Below are positions 1 through 9,217 of a DNA stretch of 64,000 nt, in pieces. Position numbers and translations under genes: made by a program. The first letter of the stretch is position 1. Every line of letters begins with the position of its first letter. Location of the stretch: positions 496,001-560,000 of the forward strand of contig AP026144.1 in assembly GCA_030295235.1 (NCBI GenBank). The letters are read 5' to 3'. The stretch comes from Fistulifera solaris (lineage: Eukaryota). The notes beneath the pieces are model-generated. The model saw only the letters and a program-made list of their open reading frames with translations, was not told where the DNA came from and ran no database searches.

Positions 1-2094
1 CAAAATAATCAAGTTCAAAATCTTACCGTTGTGTCCAAGTAACGCAGTTATCTGTCCATTGTACATTGAAAGACTGAGACCATCCACGGCAATCTTATCA
101 CCAAAAACCTTTCGCAGCGATCGCACCTCAATAGACTTGCCTTCCTGAGCCTGCCTCTTGAGGGTGTCGCTTACGGGTTCCAGGGGTATTGAGCTGTTAT
201 CGCTGTCATCATCTCCTGGATCCGTTACGGACGAAGTGGAGGGAGTGGTGCGATTTGGAAACCAATATGATAAAGTCATTGGAAACCAGAGCGGCAAAGC
301 CTGACCATAATCGGGCTCGATGGTGCGATTCAAATACCAAGTCATTACACCCCAGAATATCGAATCGAAAATCAAATATCCAAGTGCATCATTAAACGTA
401 AACCCAGACTGGTTGTCACTTTGGGCCATAGAATTACTATTGAGACCAAGTCCTCTATCTTCCAATCGACCTATTTCCTGTAGTCCATAAGAGAATGCCG
501 CCACAGGATGTAAGCTAATCAGCCCGACCCATGTGCCATCATCTCTCGTGTAGTCAATGGGCACTGAGATTGTCAGAAACACGCCAATGAAGAAAGCAAG
601 TAACCCAAAAAGGACAGCACGCGCTGACTTGGATGAGAAACTAGATATCATCATGGAAAACACAGTCACGGCCAAGAAAGTAAAAGCCCAAAACTGAAAA
701 AGATAGCGAAACTCTGACGCTTCGTAAAGAACACTCGACATGACTGTCGTGAAGAAGGCAGAAATCATATTCCACAGAATGAAGGTCATGAACCAAGCCC
801 ATCCAATGTCAGATTCCGAGACACTCATCATTTTCATCAATTCCTTTTGACGCAACTCCTTTTCTCGCACAATGTACCCAATCATGGCGGCAACAGGATA
901 AAGCATTCCCAAGGTGACTAAAAGCGGGCCCGTTTCTGGGGGTTAATTGTTTAGACGATGATTTTATGCGAAGAAGGATGATTCTGAGTAGTGTTCCAAC
1001 GTGGAATGAGTACTTACCTGCAATCGAAGAGTAGAAACCGGAATCTTCGTATTCTTTGATCGGAAACTGCACGAATCGAACTCCTGCTTCCGCCACTTTG
1101 TATCCTGCATCAGCGGCCCCCGTCTGATTTAAGATAAAATCTCCAACGAGTCTCTGAAATGTCAAAACACCGTTGTAGACATATTGACCCGTACAAGAAA
1201 CTTCCAGCGGACCTTGTCTCGGTGTATTTTCGTCGGGCGTGCAAACACTAAAATCATTGCGAGCGTAATGTCGGAAAAGTCGACTCGTATCCGGTGTCGT
1301 GGAGGTTGCAGGTCGCGCCGCCGCCTCGGGAGCATTGAAATTCGTCGAATTCTGGCGAAGAGCATAATAGTACTTCATTGGGTCATCACCCTCCCAGACG
1401 ATCCCCATGGCTATTTTTGGCGTATCGAAGCCTTCATAATCGACCGCTGTAACATAGGCGTCCATCGCCTCGGGGCTGTCAAAGTGTTGCACCACATCGA
1501 ATGGAAGCAAACCAACTAATTCGGGGTATTTGGAATAAAGCCACGATTCAAAGTCCAGAGCACGACGCTTGCCGCCTTCATCATCCAAACGACTTGGTGC
1601 CAAGGCGATTGTTCCGTACTCACAGAACTGGGACGCATCCTGTCCTTCTCTTTCACACAGAGTCGAATCGCATTTCACCAAAGGTACTTGCCAATTGTAT
1701 CCGTTTCGTTCAATTCCCGAAATGATAAACTCCAAATCTCCTTCTTTCCCTTTGATGCACGTACGCTGGGCTTGCATAAAAGTAAAGTAATCACGGGCGG
1801 TCAAGGGCGTCAACGCGAACGGATCCGGAGGGAAAAACGCCGGGATCGTGCCCGAAAACAGTCCCTCCGAATCATCAACCGCCGATTTGATGCCCACCAA
1901 AACCCCAACAAATCCCATGGGGAGTAATATTTCCAACAGCTGTGTTGTTTTGATGATAACAATGAATGAGTGAGAGCTGAAAGCACAAAGTATGAACGAA
2001 GCATCCTTCTAATACTTACACTCCCCAGCCAATTGCGACGACGGAATATCCAGTTCCGTCGCATCAACGCCAACCATGCGCGTGAAAAGATCAT
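1..2094 (-). CDS. ABC transporter, subfamily A (N-terminal part; runs off the window start)
   Basis: Exon 2094-2020 (MIFSRAWLALMRRNWIFRRRNWLGS), GT-AG intron 2019-1940, exon 1939-1018 (LLEILLP, extracellular domain), intron 1017-936, then ETGPLLVTLGMLYPVAAMIGYIVREKELRQKELMKMM, the typical ABCA 'EKE..LKE.M' motif, followed by TM helices. Another donor lies near position 27. Confidence 0.9.
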
Positions 2095-2603
2095 TGTGTG
2101 AGCGGAATGCGCGTGTGAGACAATTTCGTCGCACTACAAGTACGAGGTCTCCCCACCAATGCGTTCGGACGACGACGACTAACTTTCCAGGTCACAAGAA
2201 TGCTTCAATCCGTCAACTGCTGTTTCCAGTAAGCTGTTTCCCTCTCTCTTTCACACAGACTACTCGAAATGAGAAAAGAAACAACAAAACTCTTGTTGTA
2301 TGGTTCCAATGTTGAGACTAAAAGGTAGAAGAGACAAACGCAAGAGAGTGATGGACCAAAGACATTTTGAACAATGCACATGAATAACGCGACACGTGCA
2401 GGGACTGGCGAAAGGAGGTAAGAATTCGCTGGAACATGGGTGTACTCTGACTCGCACACAAAATGGTTACCGATACGACAAAAACATGAAGGACGACTCA
2501 ATCACGAGGTCTCTCTCAGAAGTACAGTACCGGGTGGTTGTACACTACAAAACATCTTCCGTGTTATTGCGTCTTTTGCACGGTACCCTCAAATAAATAA
2601 TGA

Positions 2604-2837
2604 CGACCCTCCTCAATTGGCAACAGCAACAACAGTACACAGGTTCAAGAGCTTCGAGGAGATGTTTCGGCCTATGGCTTTTGGAATGAGAGACGAACGA
2701 CCATTTTCGATGTCCGAGTTACTGATACCGACGCACCGTCATACAGAAACCGTGACCCGATTAAGGTTCTGGCTTCTCAAGAGCGTGAAAAGCGTAGCAT
2801 GTACGGACCCCCTTGCCACGAGCGAGACTTCACTCCT
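2604..2837 (+). mobile_element. CRE-like non-LTR retrotransposon remnant, 5' half of the restriction-like endonuclease (RLE) domain
   Basis: A frame absent from the ORF track translates as ...QELRGDVSAYGFWNERRTTIFDVRVTDTDAPSYRNRDPIKVLASQEREKRSMYGPPCHERDFTP. This matches the RGD..GFW..FDVRVTDTDA.SY..KVL..EREK..Y..C..FTP pattern of CRE-clade RLEs. 5'-truncated; no RT domain upstream. Confidence 0.8.
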
Positions 2838-2908
2838 AGTCTTTAACATTTAACATGTAATTTTAGATTTCACGTCCTATAATTACATGTTAAATGTTAA
2901 AGACTAGG
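2835..2908. repeat. Perfect 28-bp inverted repeat (hairpin) with 18-nt loop
   Basis: Arm CCTAGTCTTTAACATTTAACATGTAATT (2835-2862) is the exact reverse complement of AATTACATGTTAAATGTTAAAGACTAGG (2881-2908). Loop is TTAGATTTCACGTCCTAT. Confidence 0.97.
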
Positions 2909-2910
2909 GA

Positions 2911-5900
2911 ACGCTTCGCTTTTGGAAACTTACGCTTTTGCAAACTTACGCATTTGCACACTTACGCTTTTGAAAACTTACGCTTTTGCACACTTACGCT
3001 TTAGAAAACTTACGCTTTTTGAAAACTTACGCTTTTGCACACTTACGCTTTTGGAAACTTACGCTTTTGCACACTTACGCTTTTTGCAAACTTACGCTTT
3101 TGCACACTAACGCTTTTGCACACTAACGCTTTTGGACACTTACGCTTTTGCACACTTACGCTTTTGCACACTTACGCTTTTGGACACTTACGCTTTTGCA
3201 CACTTACGCTTTTGCACACTTATGCTTTTGAAAACTTACGCTTTTTGAAAACTTACGCTTTTGCACACTTACGCTTTTGCACACTTATGCTTTTGAAAAC
3301 TGACGCTTTTAGACACTGACGCTTTTGCATACTTACACTTTTGGAAACTTATGCTTTTGAAAACTTACGCTTTTGGAAACTTACGCTTTTGCACACTTAC
3401 GCTTTTGAAAACTTACGCTTTTGGACACTTACGCTTTTGCAAACTTACGCTTTTGCACACTTACGCTTTTTGGACACTTACGCTTTTGCACACTTACGCT
3501 TTTGGAAACTTACGCTTTTGGACACTTACGCTTTTGGAAACTTACGCTTTTGGAAACTTACGCTTTTGAAAACTTACGCTTTTGGACACTTACGCTTTTG
3601 CAAACTTACGCTTTTGCACACTTACGGCCGGCTTTTTGGACACTTACGCTTTTGGAAACTTACGCTTTTGCAAACTTACGCATTTGCACACTTACGCTTT
3701 TTGAAAACTTACGCTTTTGCACACTTACGCTTTAGAAAACTTACGCTTTTGCAAACTTACGCTTTTGCACACTTACGCTTTTGGACACTTACGCTTTTGC
3801 AAACTTACGCATTTGCACTTACGCTTTTGAAAACTTACGCTTTTGCACACTTACGCTTTAGAAAACTTACGCTTTTGCAAACTTACGCTTTTGCACACTT
3901 ACGCTTTTGGACACTTACGCTTTTGGAAACTTACGCTTTTGGACACTTGGCGCTTTTGAAAACTTACGCTTTTGGAAACTTACGCTTTTGCACACTTACG
4001 CTTTTGCAAACTTACGCATTTGCACACTTATGCTTTTGCAAACTTACGCTTTTGAAAACTTACACTTTTGAAAACTTACGCTTTTGCACGCTTACACTTT
4101 AGAAAACTTACGCTTTTGGAAACTTACGCTTTTGCAAACTTATGCTTTTGCACACTTTCGCTTTTGGACACTTACGCTTTTGGAAACTTACGCTTTTGGA
4201 AACTTACGCTTTTGAAAACTTACGCTTTTGCAAACTTACGCTTTTGCACACTTACGCTTCGCTTTTGGACACTTACGCTTTTGGAAACTTACGCTTTTGC
4301 AAACTTACGCATTTGCACACTTACGCTTTTGAAAACTTACGCTTTTGCACACTTACGCTTTAGAAAACTTACGCTTTTGCAAACTCACGCTTTTGCAAAC
4401 TTACACTTTTGGACACTTACGCTTTTGGAAACTTACGCTTTTGCACACTTACGCTTTTGGAAACTTACGCTTTTGGAAACTTATGCTTTTGAAAACTTAC
4501 GCTTTTGAAACTTACGCTTTTGCACACTTACGCTTTTGCAAACTTACGCTTTTGGAAACTTACGCTTTTGGAAACTTGCGCTTTTTGAAAACTTACGCTT
4601 TTGGACACTTACGCTTTTGCAAACTTACGCTTTTGCACACTTACGCTTATGGAAACTTACGCTATTGCACACTTACGCTTTTGGACACTTACGCTTTTGC
4701 ACACTTACGCTTTTGCACACTTATGCTTTTGAAAACTTACGCTTTTAGACACTGACGCTTTTGCATACTTACGCTTTTGCAAACTTACGCTTTTGCACAC
4801 TTACGCTTTTGCACACTTACGCTGTTGGACACTTACGCTTTTGCACACTTACGCTTCGCTTTTGGACACTTACGCTTTTGAAAACTTACGCTTTTAGACA
4901 CTTACGCTTTTGCACACTTACGCTTTTGCACAGTTACGCTTTTGAAAACTTACGCTTTAGACACTTACGCTTTTGCAAACTTACGCTTTTGGACACTTAC
5001 GCTTTTGGAAACTTACGCTTTTGCACACTTAAGCTTTTTGCACACCGCGCTTTTGGACACTTACGCTTTTGCACACTTACACTTTTGCACACTTACGCTT
5101 TTGGACACTTACGCTTTTGCACACTTACGCTTTTGCACACTTATGCTTTTGAAAACTGACGCTTTTAGACACTGACGCTTTTGCATACTTACGCATTTGC
5201 ACACTTATGCTTTTGAAAACTTATGCTTTTGGAAACTTACGCTTTTGCACACTACCGCTTTTGAAAACTTAAGCTTTTGGACACTTACGCTTTTGCACAC
5301 TTAAGCTTTTGCACACTTATGCTTTTGAAAACTTACGCTTTTGGACACTTACGCTTTTGAAAACTTACGCTTTTGGAAACTTACGCTTCGCTTTTGGACA
5401 CTTACGCTTTTGAAAACTTACGCTTTTAGACACTTACGCTTTTGCACTTACTCTTTTGGAAACTTACTCTTCCACACTTACGCTTTTGCAAACTTACGCT
5501 TTTGCACACTTACGCTTTTGGAAACTTACGCTTTTGCACACTTACGCTTTTGGAAACTTACGCTTTTGAAAACTTACGCTTTTGCAAACTTACGCTTTTG
5601 GACACTTACGCTTTTGGAAACTTATGCTTTTGGACACTTACGCTTTTGCACACTTACGCTTTTGCACACTTAAGCTTTTGCAAACTTACGCTTTTGCACA
5701 CTTACGCTTCGCTTTTGGACACTTACGCTTTTGGAAACTTATGCTTTTGCAAACTTCACGATTTGCACACTTACGCTTTTGAAACTTACGCTTTTGCACT
5801 TACGCTTTGAAACTTCACGCTTTTGCACACTTCACGCTTTTGCACACTTTACGCTTTTGGACACTTCACGCTTTTGGAAACTTACGCTTTTGGACACTTA

Positions 5901-6620
5901 CGCTTTTGGAAACTTACGCTTTTGGACACTTACGCTTTTGGAAACTTACGCTTTTGGAAACTTACGCTTTTGAAAACTTACGCTTTTGGACACTTACGCT
6001 TTTGGAAACTTACGCTTTTGCACACTTACGCTTTTGAAAAGTTACGCTTTTGGACACTTACGCTTTTGCACACTTACGCTTTTGCAAACTCACGCTTTTG
6101 CACACTTACGCTTTTGGACACTTACACTTTTGGATACTTACGCTTTTGCACACTTACGCCGGCTTTTGCACACTTACGCTTTTGCAAACTTACGCTTTTG
6201 CACACTTACGCTTTTGAAAACTTACGCTTTTAGACACTTACGCTTTTGAAAACTTATGCTTTTGAAAACTTACGCTTTTGCACACTTATGCTTTTGCACA
6301 CTTAAGCTTTTGGATACTTACGCTTTTGCACGCCGGCTTATGGACACTTACGCTTTTGGAAACTTACGCTTTTGCAAACTTATGCATTTGCACACTTACG
6401 CTTTTGAAAACTTACGCTTTTGCACACTTACGCTTTTGCAAACTTACGCTTTTGCACACTTACGCTTTTGGACACTTACGCTTTTGCACACTTACGCTTT
6501 TGGAAACTTACGCATTTGCACACTTATGCTTTTGAAAACTTACGCTTTTGCACACTTACGCTTTAGAAAACTTACGCTTTTGCACACTTACGCTTTTGGA
6601 AACTTACGCTTTTGCACACT
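2911..6620 (+). repeat. ~3.7 kb tandem array of a 16-nt unit CTTACGCTTTTG[C/G/A]A[C/A]A, about 230 copies
   Basis: Directly visible. Constant core CTTACGCTTTT with 5-nt endings GCACA, GGAAA, GCAAA, GAAAA and GGACA, plus rare variants. Copy number estimated as length/16. Confidence 0.98.
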
Positions 6621-6850
6621 CCATTGACGGAATGATGGGACAACAGGCTATTTCAGCATCGAGACAGCTTGCAAGAAAACTTCAGCGGAAGTGGAACAAG
6701 CCATACTCCGAGATCTGTGGCTTCATCCGGGCGCGCATGAGTCTTTCCCTGGTCAGGTCAGTTAGTATGCTTCTGCGAAATCCAAGAGAAGGAATGCCAA
6801 AACGGAATCCCCCTCATTGGGAAACGGGCTCGGGACTGGCCCTCTACTAG
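6620..6850 (+). mobile_element. CRE-like non-LTR retrotransposon remnant, 3' half of the RLE domain and ORF C-terminus
   Basis: SIDGMMGQQAISASRQLARKLQRKWNKPYSEICGFIRARMSLSLVRSVSMLLRNPR...PHWETGSGLALY* matches the S.DG..G..A...LA..L..KW..PYS..CG..R.R.S..L.R C-terminus of CRE-clade elements. It continues the motif broken at 2837. A 3' UTR may extend to ~6970. Confidence 0.8.
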
Positions 6851-7067
6851 CGCACTAAGGCTAGGGAGTTAGAACCAAAGCTTACTCATTGAAGTGTCAG
6901 ACTGAAATATATGTGAATGAAAAGTGGAAAATTCAGTCGAATGTCAAGATTAGATTCTGACGATTAAAAAATTAGGAATTTTTCACTGCCGAAACGCTGG
7001 CTAATTTAAGAACAATGACTAGTTGAACAGCAAACATTAGGAGAATTAAACATAACATGAGCCACCA

Positions 7068-8197
7068 TTATCTATACCTCGGGCTCTCCGAAATGAATAC
7101 TTCCATGGAATCTGGATGGCTCTGGTCATCGATAATTAAGTTATGCTTCACTGTTCCTTGTTTTCCGGAAGCATCTCGCTTCCTATGAAAGGACCTGAAA
7201 CGCGAAAACCGTGATTGATCGTCTCCTGAATGACTCGAAGCGATTGAGCTGGAATCCATAGACACCGAATTGGGTATCGTCGCCTGTAGCTCTCTCCTTC
7301 TCCTTCTTCCACTCTCGTCATCATCATCATCATCGTTACTTCCAACAGACTCCACTGAATATCCATTTCTCGTTTCCAGTGTATTGGACAGCCAGGACTT
7401 TTTCTGGCGAGTTGTTTGCGGCTCTAACTCGGCTGCAATTTTGGCCTTTTCCGATCGGGACAAGGGAGAACTTGATGCTTCGCTGGGACGCAAGAATGCG
7501 GCTGAAAGAACCATCGTAGCAAACCACAGTAATGACCCCGCCACCATGACCAATCCTCCTTCATCTACTTCACATTTATTCTCGAGGAAAACCGAATTGC
7601 AGATTGCGGATTTCATCACCATGAACGTCATGCCACAACACAATGTTCCCATCATCGCAATGAAACAGAATATAGTAATTTGTAATCGATTAAATTCGAC
7701 GAAGATCATGAGCAGTTCCCATATCAACAATAAAAAAGACAAAACAATGGCAATCACGGCAAAAAATCGCGCCGTTTCAAACGGTGTATCGGACATTTCT
7801 TGCAGCATCGTTTCTTGATATCCCGCACAGGAACCATCCGACCAATGACTGTCTTGACGAAAGGGGCGCAGAAATTGGAAAAGACCGATCCCTACTTTGT
7901 GCGTCGCGGTCGGGCGTCCTGCGGCGGCTTCTTGAATGTTGGTAAAGAACGTTTCGAAATTTCCCGTTTCCGAGACAAAAGTGACCACCAGGAATCGACA
8001 AGACGCAGCCGCATAGAGAGTCGTGGTCATGGCGGCTGCTCCCGAGAGTAGTAAACCAAGCACGGTGTAACCGCCATGTGGGTACGAGCTGAAGGGAAGA
8101 TACGATGAGAGATGTAAGAACAGGATTAAAATTTTGTGTACCCATCCTGTTACGCCCGTGCGTCCACAGCAACTTACCACAGTCCTGTAAATTTCAT
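7068..8197 (-). CDS. Claudin-like four-TM membrane protein with low-complexity C-terminal tail
   Basis: Short exon 8197-8178 (MKFTGL..), GTAAGT intron to CAG at 8089, then YPHGG. TM1 plus SCRF, GIGLFQF..C..Y extracellular loop, three more hydrophobic helices and a C..C loop. Confidence 0.65.
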
Positions 8198-9217
8198 GGA
8201 TCGATGCTAACTATTTTCTTGATTTTTCAAATAACGTGAAATCGTTCGTTTCAAACCGCGACGATGGCAAAAGATGCTCACCATTTTCTGCGGCAAAAAT
8301 AAGTGTCCCCCCCCGCGCACCGCAAACGAGGTTCATGACTGAAACACAGTCGTGATTACTTCCGTCTACACTTCGGGTTTGAAAAAAAAACAGTAGATCC
8401 GAAATCAATGATCCATACGGCTTTTCGACGCAAACAATCGTGGCATGCATCAAGTTTACAGCTGAAAGATATTACAATGACATCATAGAGAAAAGAAAAG
8501 CTCAACAAAGTTGCAGAATCAACATAGTTTGGGTAACATCAGACTCAGCTATTCATTCATGACTGAAATGCAGTCTTGAAAAACACTTTGAGTCTATAGT
8601 GAACTATGTAGAAAATTGCACCAAGGATTTTTCATTGCTAAGAATCGTTGCGTGCATTGAGAATGCATCCGAACGTTATTGCATTGTAATAAACGCAACG
8701 TTAGCACAACAAGCTTGCAGAATGAAAGAAGAGTTGTAGCAGCTTTAGTTCCGGAGAATGCTAATTCGTGACTACATTCAGTCATGAGGATATAAGCACG
8801 CTAAACTCTCAATTTTTATTTTATTTTATTTACATTCAGTCATGAAGAATGGTCCCCTTGACTTTGGGTGTAAACCCCTGAAAATTCGAACTTTACTCTA
8901 GAGATTGATAAATTACGAGAGGAAGTGGACGACAAGAGGCTAAAAATAGAGTAGTCCGCAAATAGGATTTTAGGACAAAATAAAGCCGAGACGAGAAAAA
9001 CGTGCATACTTTGACGCTCTTATAAATTTTTTTTAGGGGAAGAGTTTTGACACGGAAGCGAGAAGTACATCGCAAATAAAAGAATTTATAAGCAATCCTA
9101 TTTATCTTATATTGTAACCCAAATAAGTGCGAGTCAAAAATTGAGCATAGACAAATTATTTCTTTTCCATGAATACAGCCGCTCTGTGGTCGAAAGCTAT
9201 TGCTAGCTGACTAACTC

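Noticed and set aside
2440..2853. 137-aa ORF as a real gene
   Set aside because: The recognisable RLE motifs lie in a different frame; this ORF is mostly an off-frame reading.
2911..6620. CRISPR array
   Set aside because: The variable part is only ~5 nt from a small reused set. There are no unique spacers, no cas genes, and the context is eukaryotic.
2911..6620. Telomeric repeat
   Set aside because: The array is internal and flanked by genes, and the unit is unlike TTAGGG-type repeats.
2831..6622. CACTCC as a canonical target-site duplication
   Set aside because: Collapsing it does not restore the FTPLVxSIDG frame, so it is kept only as a microhomology.
2922..6627. Many ORFs with LTLLHTYAFAHLRFCT-like repeats
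   Set aside because: Artefact of a stop-free 16-nt unit read in all three + frames. Indels shift frames freely and most starts are TTG.
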